Assembly: GCA_021840255.1 (NCBI GenBank)
Contig: JAKBYX010000002.1
Coordinates: forward strand, 33,325-97,324
Length of the DNA: 64,000 bases
DNA from: Nitrospirota bacterium
Lineage (GTDB): Bacteria; Nitrospirota; Thermodesulfovibrionia; Thermodesulfovibrionales; JdFR-88
Direction of reading: 5' to 3'
Shown: piece after piece, positions 45,653-54,576 of the stretch
Layout: each line of letters starts with the position of its first letter
Numbering within the stretch: position 1 is the first letter of the stretch
Made by a program: the position numbers and the translations under genes
Notes under the pieces: model-generated
Database searches by the model: none
Seen by the model: the letters and a program-made list of their open reading frames with translations, nothing else
Told to the model about the DNA's origin: nothing

Positions 45653-46456
45653 TCAGCCCATCTGGCAATATCCGGCGTCGTAGTCCTCGAGTTCCGTGAT
45701 GGTAGGGTTTTCGCCGCATACGGGGCATTTGGGGTTTCTTGGGACCTTGACCTTTCTGAATGAAGCGGAAAGGGCGTTGTAGATCAGCAGGGCGTTTTTA
45801 AGAGGCGCCCCCTGTCCCAAGATTATCTTGAGCGCCTCCGTTGCCTCAAGCGCCCCTATCACCCCCGGCAGTACGCCCAACACTCCAGCCTCCTGGCAGG
45901 AAGGAACCAGCCCTGGAGGAGGAGGAGCCTCAAAAAGGCATCGGTAGCAGTGGCCCTCATGCGGAATCAGGGTTGTCACCTGCCCTTCGAAGCGCAATAT
46001 CGCCCCGCTTACGAGGGGTTTTCTTGAAAGAACGCAGGCGTCATTTACAAGGTACCGGGTGGGGAAATTGTCGCTTCCATCTATGACCAGGTCATATTCT
46101 TCGATAATGCCGGTGATATTGTCTTTGTTAAGGCGGCCCTTCAGTGCCACCACATTCACATCCGGGTTCAGCGCCTCGAACGTGCGCTTCGCGGACTCCA
46201 CCTTGGGCATTCCAATGGTGCTGGTGCTGTGGGCTATCTGCCTTTGGAGGTTGGAAAGCTCCACGACGTCGTCATCCACCAGGCCGATGGTGCCCACTCC
46301 GGCCGCGGCGAGATAGTATCCAACAGGGCAGCCAAGCCCGCCCGCACCCACAAGCAGAACCTTTGCCCCGAGGAGCTTTTTCTGCCCCTTGCCGCCCACT
46401 TCGGGCAATATTATATGGCGGCTGTAACGCTGTATCTGGGAATCGGAAAATTCCAT
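45653..46456 (-). CDS. MoeB/ThiF/HesA-family adenylyltransferase (E1-like)
   Basis: YSRHIILPEVGGKGQKKL, VLLVGAGGLGCP, the RQI motif and Zn-site Cys pairs (CYRC ... CPVCG). Confidence 0.85.
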   Translation of the reverse strand: MEFSDSQIQRYSRHIILPEVGGKGQKKLLGAKVLLVGAGGLGCPVGYYLAAAGVGTIGLVDDDVVELSNLQRQIAHSTSTIGMPKVESAKRTFEALNPDVNVVALKGRLNKDNITGIIEEYDLVIDGSDNFPTRYLVNDACVLSRKPLVSGAILRFEGQVTTLIPHEGHCYRCLFEAPPPPGLVPSCQEAGVLGVLPGVIGALEATEALKIILGQGAPLKNALLIYNALSASFRKVKVPRNPKCPVCGENPTITELEDYDAGYCQMG

Positions 46457-46744
46457 CTAATCCTTCTCCTTGCGTACGACTATGATCCATTCCTTGGGTC
46501 CGGTCTGTTCCACCTTCAGCACCTTCTGCCCATGATCCTGCATGGATTTGGGTATGTTGTGCACGGCCTCAGGGTAATCGAGCACTATCTCCAGCACCTC
46601 TCCCAGTTCCATGTCCTCTATGGCCAGCTTGGCCTTAACAAAGGTATAGGGACATACAAGCCCCCTTATGTCCAGATTCCTTTTCTGTCCAGCGTTTTCC
46701 ATGCGTTCTGCTTCTTCCATGGGATTTGACACCTCTTCCGGCAT
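46457..46744 (-). CDS. TusA/SirA-family sulfurtransferase
   Basis: LDIRGLVCPYTFVKAKLAIEDM matches the TusA active-site Cys context (LD.RGL.CP.P..K.K.A). The stop abuts the E1-like start. Confidence 0.75.
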   Translation of the reverse strand: MPEEVSNPMEEAERMENAGQKRNLDIRGLVCPYTFVKAKLAIEDMELGEVLEIVLDYPEAVHNIPKSMQDHGQKVLKVEQTGPKEWIIVVRKEKD

Positions 46745-46809
46745 ACGGCTTAACCTCCAGGCTTAAAATAAAAACAGACTTTTTCTTTTTTTTTACAGCA
46801 AAAATTTGC

Positions 46810-48168
46810 CTACTCTTCTCCCTCAACCCGGATCAGGCAGGTCTTACCCGTCACAACCGCCCGCAGGCTGTCTATTTTCTTGAGGGCCTTTCTTACGTTC
46901 CTCTCCATTGCCTTATGGGTCAGGATGACAAGGGGCACGGCCCCGCCTTCCTTCCTGCCCTTCTGGATGACCGAGGCTATGCTTATGTTATTTTCCCCGA
47001 GCACACCGGATATCTTTGAGAGTACCATCGGGCGGTCCAGCGCGGAGAAGCGGAAGTAGTACATGCTTTCCACCTCGTCCATACGGCGCAGGCCCATAGG
47101 CGGACCGGATTTTTTCATTTTTATCGCGCCAAGGCCGCTTTTTGGCGGCGCGCCGCTCATTATCCTTTGCGCGATACCGGCGATGTCGCTTACCACGGCG
47201 GAGCCGGTCGGCATGTCCCCAGCCCCTCTGCCGTAATACAGGGTATCGCCTGTCTCCTGCCCGTTCACGTAGATCGCGTTCATCACGCCGTCAACCTTTG
47301 AGATAAGGTAATCTTTGGGAAGCATCGTAGGGTGCACGCGCAGCTCCACCTGTCCGTCCGCCGCCTTGGCTATGGCAAGGAGCTTTATCTTGAAGCCCAG
47401 CTCCGAGGCGAAGGAGATATCAAGCGGGGTGATGCCGGTTATCCCTTCCGTATAGACCGATTCATAGGACAGCGGTATGCCAAATGCCAGGGAGGCCAGG
47501 ATAGCGAGCTTATGGGCTGAATCTGCCCCGCCAACGTCCAAAGTGGGGTCGGCCTCCGCGTAACCCAGCTCCTGGGCTTCCTTAAGCACCTTTGAAAACT
47601 CCACCCCCTCGTTTGTCATCTTTGTGAGGATGTAGTTGGAAGTGCCGTTTACGATGCCGTAAACATAGTTTATTCGGTTAGCTATGAGCCCCTCGCCCAG
47701 GGCCTTTATTATCGGTATCCCGCCGCCCACGCTCGCCTCAAAGCCGACGTTTACGCCGCATTTTTTGGCCGCCCCGAATATCTCCTGCCCATGTTCGGCC
47801 AGAAGGGCCTTGTTCGCCGTAACGATGTGCTTGCCGTTTTTGATCGCCCGCATCATGAGCTGTCTGGCCACACCAAGCCCGCCGATCAGCTCCACGACAA
47901 TGTCTATATCAGGGTTGTCCGTTACCTGACGGGCATCGGTGGTGAGTACGTCTTTCCCAAGGGCTATGCCACGGTCTTTCTTGATGTCCAAGTCCGCGAT
48001 CTTTTTGAGAGTAACGGGGAATCCGAGTCTGGCGCTTAAAAGATCTTTGTTTTCAACAAGTATTCGGGCGGTTCCGCTGCCTACAGTGCCGAAACCCAGG
48101 ATGCCTACGTTTACCGTTTTTTTGATCTGCCCGGTTTTTTTGTTCTTGTTTTCTTTTTCTTTTGCCAT
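46810..48168 (-). CDS. hom: homoserine dehydrogenase (with C-terminal ACT domain)
   Basis: VGILGFGTVGSG, the central catalytic domain (GIVNGTSNYIL, LGYAEADP) and an ACT-like tail. The N-terminus is Lys-rich (MAKEKENKNKK). Confidence 0.9.
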   Translation of the reverse strand: MAKEKENKNKKTGQIKKTVNVGILGFGTVGSGTARILVENKDLLSARLGFPVTLKKIADLDIKKDRGIALGKDVLTTDARQVTDNPDIDIVVELIGGLGVARQLMMRAIKNGKHIVTANKALLAEHGQEIFGAAKKCGVNVGFEASVGGGIPIIKALGEGLIANRINYVYGIVNGTSNYILTKMTNEGVEFSKVLKEAQELGYAEADPTLDVGGADSAHKLAILASLAFGIPLSYESVYTEGITGITPLDISFASELGFKIKLLAIAKAADGQVELRVHPTMLPKDYLISKVDGVMNAIYVNGQETGDTLYYGRGAGDMPTGSAVVSDIAGIAQRIMSGAPPKSGLGAIKMKKSGPPMGLRRMDEVESMYYFRFSALDRPMVLSKISGVLGENNISIASVIQKGRKEGGAVPLVILTHKAMERNVRKALKKIDSLRAVVTGKTCLIRVEGEE

Positions 48169-48312
48169 CGCCCCGTTATTCCTCCCGGCTATTCCCCTTT
48201 AAAATCAAAATATTATCACAAACGCCGGGGTTAAGGCAAAAAGGAGGAACGGCAAAAAAGAAATTCAGGGAAGACCCTCCCATGAAGAGCAAGTCATCCT
48301 GGAGCCTCTTGA

Positions 48313-49128
48313 TTGACAAACACAGCGTCCGGTAGCACAATAACCGGAAATTCGGGAGGGGAAAAATTGAAAATCTCCGGTCTTTTTGCCGTGTTTTTTT
48401 TACTGGCAGTTTTTTTTATAAGCGGCTGCGGATGGAAAGTTGATCCCTCCCAGCAGGACGTAAGCAACAATCTGCATATCAACAATAATGACCCTTCCTC
48501 CTCTTCAGTGTCCGTGGCCGGCATATGGCAGGGCACCTATGAAACCGCGAAGGGCCAAATCTATTCCGTCACCGGCATCATAGACTCCTCCGGAGAGGCC
48601 CGGTTTGCCCTTTCAAGCGGCACTAACTTCGTGGGCGGTGTAACCACGTCAAACGCCAGCATCAACGGCCCTTTCAACGTCTATGATCCATCAGGCATGG
48701 TCAATGGCCTCACCTCCCTGAGCGGCAGTTTTTCCAGCGCAGCCATAATAGCCAAATACGCGATGCCCTCCGGCCCCACAGCCTTTTATAACGGCACACT
48801 CAACGTAACACCAAACGCGGTCTATTCAAATCCTGCGGACCTGGCCAGCGTAGGCGGCAAATGGGATAACACCGCCGATGGCCTCTATTTCAGCATCGAT
48901 GGCACTTCCGGCTTGTTCACGGCCAACAATACCCTGAATGGCTGCTTTTATTCGGGGGATATCACTGTGCCGGACTCATCCAAAAATGTCTATGCGCTGA
49001 CGCTTTCGATCAGCGGCTGCGGCAAGGATGGAAGTTACACTGGCCTGGGCTTTATCAACGGGGACAGCTTTACTTATTTAATTTCCAGCCCGCAGCAGGC
49101 ATCTTCCGAAACTCTGGCAAAACAATAA
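48313..49128 (+). CDS. hypothetical lipoprotein
   Basis: Signal peptide with lipobox (..LLAVFFISGC). The mature part shows two similar G.W.GTY/GKWDNT...beta-rich halves. The start may be the in-frame TTG at 48367. No family recognised. Confidence 0.5.
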   Translation: MTNTASGSTITGNSGGEKLKISGLFAVFFLLAVFFISGCGWKVDPSQQDVSNNLHINNNDPSSSSVSVAGIWQGTYETAKGQIYSVTGIIDSSGEARFALSSGTNFVGGVTTSNASINGPFNVYDPSGMVNGLTSLSGSFSSAAIIAKYAMPSGPTAFYNGTLNVTPNAVYSNPADLASVGGKWDNTADGLYFSIDGTSGLFTANNTLNGCFYSGDITVPDSSKNVYALTLSISGCGKDGSYTGLGFINGDSFTYLISSPQQASSETLAKQ

Positions 49129-49159
49129 CCAACCGCAGCCTCTCCTTCCCGTTCCTTTT

Positions 49160-50296
49160 TTGCCTGCAACGGCGGAAGCTGATAGCATTTGGGTGATGAA
49201 CGCCCTTTCCGCCCTGGCCGGTGCGGCCCTTATACTCATTGTTCTTATCGAGGGTTTTGAGACCGTAGTGTTGCCCCACATTGTTTTCCGCCGTGTACGC
49301 CTGACCAGGTTTTTTTACAGGGGCACCTGGAAGGCCTGGTCCTTAATGGTCTGCGGTGCATTTGCTCCGGGAAGGCGCAGAGAAATTTTCCTCAGTCTGT
49401 ACGGGCCGCTCTCACTCATTATTCTCCTTGGCCTGTGGGCCGCTCTTCTGGTTTCGGGTTTTGCGCTCCTCTACTATTCCATAGCCGGAGTTTTTGGGGG
49501 CGCTAAAACGGGTAATGCCGGTTTCTCCGGATGCCTGTATTACAGCGGCACTACCTTCTTCACCCTGGGGCTGGGGGACGTCCTTCCCATGGCTCCCTGG
49601 GCAAAGGCGCTCACTGTGCTTGAGGCCGGTACGGGGTTTGGGTTCCTTGCGATCTTCATAAATTATCTGCCGCCCCTGAATCAGTTTTTTTACAACAGGG
49701 AGACCCCTGTTTCAGCGCTGAGCGCCCGGGTGGGCGCGCCGGTCTCGGCCTTTGCGATACTGGACAGGCACATCGCCGGACAAAACCTGGATGTCCTCCA
49801 TCAATTGCTCTATGACTGGGAAAGATGGGCCTCGGAACTTCATGAAAGTCACCTTGCCTATCCGGTCCTGGCCTATTTCCGTTCAGAGCATGAAGACCAG
49901 TCCTGGCTTATGGCGCTTACCGCCGTCATGGATACCTGCGCCTTCATCATGTCCGGCATGGAGGGGGCGTGCAAATGCCAGGCGGAGCTGACCTTCTCCA
50001 TGTCCATGCATACGCTCACGGACCTGTCCTCGGTCTTTCATTGCCCCCCGGTACGTCCTGATAGCCCCTCTGTACCTGATAGCCCGCCGGTACATGAAAG
50101 ATTATCTCCCGGTGAACTGGACCACATTCGTTTGAAGATGCTGGAGAAAGGTTTTTCGGGGCTGCCGGATGCCGGTGACATGCACAAAAAACTGGCGCAA
50201 TTGCGCCTGCGGTATGAGCCATATGTCCAAGCCCTTGCAAGCCGCTTCCATATGGCCGTTCCTCCCTGGGTCCGTAAAGCGCAGGCGGAAAAATAA
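49160..50296 (+). CDS. two-TM pore-loop ion channel family protein (K+-channel-like)
   Basis: The pore-loop segment YYSGTTFFTLGLGDVLP (filter-like TLGLGD against TVGYGD) lies between TM helices. It has a large soluble C-terminal domain. The start is uncertain (TTG 49160 or Met 49196). Confidence 0.65.
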   Translation: MPATAEADSIWVMNALSALAGAALILIVLIEGFETVVLPHIVFRRVRLTRFFYRGTWKAWSLMVCGAFAPGRRREIFLSLYGPLSLIILLGLWAALLVSGFALLYYSIAGVFGGAKTGNAGFSGCLYYSGTTFFTLGLGDVLPMAPWAKALTVLEAGTGFGFLAIFINYLPPLNQFFYNRETPVSALSARVGAPVSAFAILDRHIAGQNLDVLHQLLYDWERWASELHESHLAYPVLAYFRSEHEDQSWLMALTAVMDTCAFIMSGMEGACKCQAELTFSMSMHTLTDLSSVFHCPPVRPDSPSVPDSPPVHERLSPGELDHIRLKMLEKGFSGLPDAGDMHKKLAQLRLRYEPYVQALASRFHMAVPPWVRKAQAEK

Positions 50297-50352
50297 AAAA
50301 TAAAAGGAAAACAAAAAACAAAAATTTTCCATTTTTGAAATACTAAAGCGGT

Positions 50353-50913
50353 ATGGGAATTTTTATCCGGCATTTATCGATAAAGAAGCGGACATTTACC
50401 AACAACCTGGTCCGCTTGAACTCCCTCGCTTTTGCCAGATGGAAGTTCCTGCCCGGAATGTCTTTTAAAGCGGAGGAAAAGTGGTGGGCCGGAGGCAACC
50501 GGGGCAGGGGCCATAACGGGCTGGATCTGAGGTTTTACGAGACGGCAGACGGGGAGGTAAAAACGCTTTCCGAAGATACAGAGATACCCCTGATCCACAT
50601 GGGTAAAATAATAAAAATAATTCCTGACTTCATTGGGCACAGCCTCTTTGCAGAGCACGTAAAAAACCCTGGCGGCGGGAAACGGCTTTTCATCATTTAC
50701 GGCCATATGACTCCCGAAGCGGGGATAGAGAACAGGCAACTGGAGAGCGGCTGCGTTATAGGAAGGCTTGCTCCTTCCAAAGGTGTCGTCCCCACGCACC
50801 TGCACATCTCCATCGCCCTTGTGCCCGAAGATATCCCCCTTGAAGCCCTCGACTGGGAAACCCTTGACGCCGCGCAAGGCGTGTTGTTTTCAGACCCGGA
50901 AGAGGTTATATAA
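50353..50913 (+). CDS. M23/LytM-like peptidase-fold protein without signal peptide
   Basis: HxxxD (GHNGLD) and HxH (THLHIS) motifs with an intervening IYGHM...G..IG pattern. No N-terminal export signal is visible. Confidence 0.55.
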   Translation: MGIFIRHLSIKKRTFTNNLVRLNSLAFARWKFLPGMSFKAEEKWWAGGNRGRGHNGLDLRFYETADGEVKTLSEDTEIPLIHMGKIIKIIPDFIGHSLFAEHVKNPGGGKRLFIIYGHMTPEAGIENRQLESGCVIGRLAPSKGVVPTHLHISIALVPEDIPLEALDWETLDAAQGVLFSDPEEVI

Positions 50914-50962
50914 ACATCTCCATCTCCTTGACATTTCCCGTTCCTGGCCGTATAAATAAACG

Positions 50963-51427
50963 ATGGTTACATCGGGGGATTTCAGGGTTATCTGGTTTGT
51001 CTTTTTCAATATAACGCTTGCCTTGTGGACGGGGGGCATCGGGATATTCACTTTTCTGGCCACGCCCGCCATATTCAAGTCCTTTCCCAGGGACACGGCA
51101 AGCAGCATAGTGGATAAGCTCTTTCCGCTTTACTTTCCTTATAACCTCATCACATCCTTTTTTGCCCTGGTCTTTTTCCTGGCCTCCGGCGGAGGCGGCA
51201 TTTCCGTTGCCCTTATTGCCGTTGCGGTGCTTGCTAACCTTTTTATTGTCTTTATACTCTATCCCTCCATAAAGAAAACAAAGCGGGAGATCGCCTCTTT
51301 TGAAAAGACGGACCCCTCATTGCCCGCCAGAAAACGGTTCAGCAGGATGCACGCTGTAAGCGCTGTCCTGAACCTGCTTCTTCTGGCCCTTGGGCTTACG
51401 TTGATAGTCATCCAGGCTGCCGGGTAA
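50963..51427 (+). CDS. DUF4149-family membrane protein
   Basis: Four TM helices, with N-terminal LWTGGIGIFTFLATPAIFKSF....A..IV.KLFP.YF typical of DUF4149/TMEM205-like proteins. Confidence 0.6.
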   Translation: MVTSGDFRVIWFVFFNITLALWTGGIGIFTFLATPAIFKSFPRDTASSIVDKLFPLYFPYNLITSFFALVFFLASGGGGISVALIAVAVLANLFIVFILYPSIKKTKREIASFEKTDPSLPARKRFSRMHAVSAVLNLLLLALGLTLIVIQAAG

Positions 51428-51485
51428 TGTTCAATTACCTTAAAAAAATTTGAAAAATAAACCGCATATCTGATAAATTTGAACT

Positions 51486-51962
51486 ATGCTTGAAAAATTC
51501 CCCATAACTCCAGAGGGTTACAAGAAGATGCAAGAGGAGCTGGAGAGGCTCCTCAAGGTCGAGAGGCCCAGGAACATAAAAGACATCGAGGAAGCGCGCG
51601 TCCACGGGGATCTCTCCGAAAACGCGGAGTACGACGCCGCCAAGGCGCGGCAGTCCTGGATCGAGGGCAGGATAGCGGAGCTTAAACAGAAGGTCGCCCT
51701 GGCCCAGGTGATAGACCCCTCCAAGATAAACCAGAGCAGGGCCGCTTTCGGGGCCACCGTAAAGGTCCTGGACACCGCCGCTGACGAAGAGTATGTATTT
51801 TTTCTTGTGGGCACGGATGAGGCGGACGTCAAGCTGGGAAAGATATCCATAAGCTCCCCGGTAGGCAGGGCGCTTCTGGGAAAAGAAGTGGGAGACACCG
51901 TCACTATAAAGGCCCCGGCCAGGACCATCGAGTACGAGATCCTTGAAGTCAACTTCTGCTGA
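51486..51962 (+). CDS. greA: transcription elongation factor GreA
   Basis: PITPEGYKKMQEELERL, GDLSENAEYDAAK and C-terminal ISISSPVGRALLGK..GD.V. Confidence 0.9.
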   Translation: MLEKFPITPEGYKKMQEELERLLKVERPRNIKDIEEARVHGDLSENAEYDAAKARQSWIEGRIAELKQKVALAQVIDPSKINQSRAAFGATVKVLDTAADEEYVFFLVGTDEADVKLGKISISSPVGRALLGKEVGDTVTIKAPARTIEYEILEVNFC

Positions 51963-52725
51963 TACCCGTCTTTTCAGAGCTGCAATCAAGACAAACACAA
52001 GATTAAACGATTCGAATTTCATTTTGGGTTTTTCTGCCCCTGATATTGCGCTCCCCAAGGCCGAACCCGGCCAGTTCTTCATGTTCGGGGTAAAAAACTG
52101 TGAGAAAGACCCGCTTTTAAAGCGTCCCTTCTGCTATTTCAGGAGAAGGGGAAATACGCTGGAGATACTCTATCGCGTGGTAGGCAAGATGACCTCCATC
52201 ATGAAGGGGCTAAGGCCGGGAGATGAGGTTGAGGTCCTTGGCCCGCTGGGCAATGTTTACCCTATGGCGCAGGCCGTATGTAAAACCCCCCTGGTAATTG
52301 CCGGGGGTGTGGGCATAGCGTCGGTCTATCCGCTTATTGAGCGGTTTAAGGGAAGCGCCATCCTTTTTTATGGCGGGCGCAGCAAAAAAGAGATCCTTTT
52401 GCGCAAAGAGCTGAGAGCGATCTCAAAAAAACTTGTTGTCGCAACCGATGACGGCTCCATGGGTTTCAAGGGCACGGCCGTGGACGCGGCCAGAGATTTT
52501 TTGAATGGCAGAAACCCGGATGATTTTGTCCTTTATTCCTGCGGGCCAAACGGCATGCTCAAGGCTGCAAGCGCGCTTGGCATACAGGGTTATATCGCGT
52601 CCGAGGAAAAGATGGCCTGCGGCATAGGCGTCTGCCTGGGCTGCGCCGTAAAGACAAAAGAGGGCTATAAAAGAGCCTGCAAGGACGGGCCGGTCTTTAA
52701 GACGGGGGAGATCATTTTTGATTGA
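51943..52725 (+). CDS. pyrK: dihydroorotate dehydrogenase B electron-transfer subunit
   Basis: PGQFFMF, the RPFC FAD-binding motif, GGVGIAS and the C-terminal 2Fe-2S motif MACGIGVCLGCAV. The start overlaps greA by 20 nt and is uncertain. Confidence 0.8.
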   Translation: MKSTSADTRLFRAAIKTNTRLNDSNFILGFSAPDIALPKAEPGQFFMFGVKNCEKDPLLKRPFCYFRRRGNTLEILYRVVGKMTSIMKGLRPGDEVEVLGPLGNVYPMAQAVCKTPLVIAGGVGIASVYPLIERFKGSAILFYGGRSKKEILLRKELRAISKKLVVATDDGSMGFKGTAVDAARDFLNGRNPDDFVLYSCGPNGMLKAASALGIQGYIASEEKMACGIGVCLGCAVKTKEGYKRACKDGPVFKTGEIIFD

Positions 52726-52769
52726 GAGGCTTGTTCAAAAAAAACGAAAAATGCCAGGAGATCCGTTTT

Positions 52770-53705
52770 ATGCCAGCCCGGGAAAATAATAATAATAAAA
52801 GGCTAGAAGTTAAGCTTGGCAGGCTGAAACTCAAAAACCCGGTGATGACGGCATCAGGCACGGCGGGCTACGGGGCCGAGCTGGCGGAATTTTTTGACCT
52901 CTCAAAACTTGGCGCGATAGTGTTGAAGGGCATCTCGCTTACCCCCTGGCAGGGCAATCCGACCCCAAGAATAACAGAGACCCGCTGCGGTATGATCAAC
53001 TCCATAGGGCTTCAAAACGTGGGCCTGGACGCATTCCTCAGGGAAAAACTGCCTTTTGTGAGGCAATGGGACGTGCCTGTGATCGCAAACATACTTGGCA
53101 CCAGCGCCGCTGAATACACAAGACTTGCAAGCGCGCTGGAGGAGGCGGGTGTGGATGGCATAGAACTTAACGTCTCCTGCCCAAATGTAAAGGAAGGCGG
53201 CATCGCCTTCGGACTGGACCTTAAAAGTTTCGCTTCCCTTGTGCGCGCTGTGAGGGCCAGGGTAAAAAAACCCGTGCTGATAGTAAAACTCTCTCCCGGG
53301 GCGCCCGGCATTGAGGAGTTTTCGCGGGCCGCGGAGGGCGAGGGGGCGGATGCCATCTCCCTTATAAATACCATACCCGCCATGGCCATAGACGTAAATA
53401 CCCGAAGGCCGCTCATTAAAAACAGGATCGGCGGGCTATCCGGGCCAGCCATCAAGCCCATAGCCGTGAGAATGGTCTATCAGGCGTCAAAGGCGGTAAA
53501 AATACCGGTTATCGGCATGGGCGGCATAACGACAGGGGAAGACGCCGTGGAGTTCATGCTTGCAGGGGCCACCGCCGTGGCCGTCGGAACTGCCACCTTC
53601 ATGGACCCGATGGCCGTTTTGAAGGTGGTCCAGGGAATAGGGGCCTGGATGGAGCGCCACGGAATAAAAAAGGCCTCCAGCATAACCGGCGCGATGCTCA
53701 CCTGA
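52770..53705 (+). CDS. pyrD: dihydroorotate dehydrogenase B catalytic subunit
   Basis: LKNPVMTASGT, GAIVLKGIS, NSIGLQN, ELNVSCPN and GGI..G.DA.EF..AGA. I chose the start at the ATG at 52770; the track ORF starts at TTG 52722. Confidence 0.9.
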   Translation: MPARENNNNKRLEVKLGRLKLKNPVMTASGTAGYGAELAEFFDLSKLGAIVLKGISLTPWQGNPTPRITETRCGMINSIGLQNVGLDAFLREKLPFVRQWDVPVIANILGTSAAEYTRLASALEEAGVDGIELNVSCPNVKEGGIAFGLDLKSFASLVRAVRARVKKPVLIVKLSPGAPGIEEFSRAAEGEGADAISLINTIPAMAIDVNTRRPLIKNRIGGLSGPAIKPIAVRMVYQASKAVKIPVIGMGGITTGEDAVEFMLAGATAVAVGTATFMDPMAVLKVVQGIGAWMERHGIKKASSITGAMLT

Positions 53706-53727
53706 TTTTTTAAAAAAATAAATAAAG

Positions 53728-54570
53728 ATGCCCATAACCTTCACAACGGACTTTGGCCTTAAAGACGGTTTTGCCGGGGTGATGAAAGGCGTGGTCCTTG
53801 GCATAAACCCTAAGGCATCTATCGTGGATATAAGCCACGAAATAGATCCGGGCAACATCCGGGAGGCCATGTTCGTGCTTGAAACCTCGGTCAAATACTT
53901 CCCGAAGGGCTCGATTCACGTTGCCGTTGTGGACCCCGGCGTGGGCTCCGGACGCAGGGGGCTGGTCATTCGTTTGAGCGGGCGCGCGGGCGGGTTTCAT
54001 CTTGTGGGGCCGGATAACGGTATTTTCACTCCTTTTTTAGGCGCTGCGGAAAAGATAATAAGCATAGAGCGGGAGAAATTTTCCCTCCGGGGAAAGAAAA
54101 AAAGCAAAAAGGATTTTAATTTTTTTCAGGGGAGCACGTTTGACGGCCGGGACGTCTTTGCCCCGGCTGCGGCATGGCTTTCTAAAGGCGTGAGGGCGGA
54201 GGAATTCGGCCCGGAGGTAAAAGACCCCGTGAAACTGTCCCTCCCGGAGCTTGCCTTTAAAGGCGGAAAGGTCTTCGGCTGCGTCCTTCATGTGGACCGC
54301 TTCGGCAACTGCATAACCAATATAGATGCGGGCTGGCTTTTAAAGCTGGGGAAAGAAAAAGAGCAAATCCGGATAAAGGCAAAGGGCCTCACTTTTGGCA
54401 TCGCGAATTTTTATCTTCAGGCCGGAGACGAAAAAACAAAAACAAAAACAAAAGCAAAAAATCTTTATGGCATCGTTAACTCAAGCGGGCTATTGGAGCT
54501 ATTTGTCCCAGGGGGAAACGCAAGCCGGAGGCTGGGCCTTGCGCCATGGACGCCCGTAACGGTTTTTTGA
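53728..54570 (+). CDS. SAM hydrolase / SAM-dependent halogenase family protein (DUF62)
   Basis: ITFTTDFGLKDGFAGVMKGV, VAVVDPGVGS, GPDNG and HVDRFGN motifs. It carries an in-frame DEKTKTKTKAKN insert. Confidence 0.8.
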   Translation: MPITFTTDFGLKDGFAGVMKGVVLGINPKASIVDISHEIDPGNIREAMFVLETSVKYFPKGSIHVAVVDPGVGSGRRGLVIRLSGRAGGFHLVGPDNGIFTPFLGAAEKIISIEREKFSLRGKKKSKKDFNFFQGSTFDGRDVFAPAAAWLSKGVRAEEFGPEVKDPVKLSLPELAFKGGKVFGCVLHVDRFGNCITNIDAGWLLKLGKEKEQIRIKAKGLTFGIANFYLQAGDEKTKTKTKAKNLYGIVNSSGLLELFVPGGNASRRLGLAPWTPVTVF

Positions 54571-54576
54571 TCTTTT

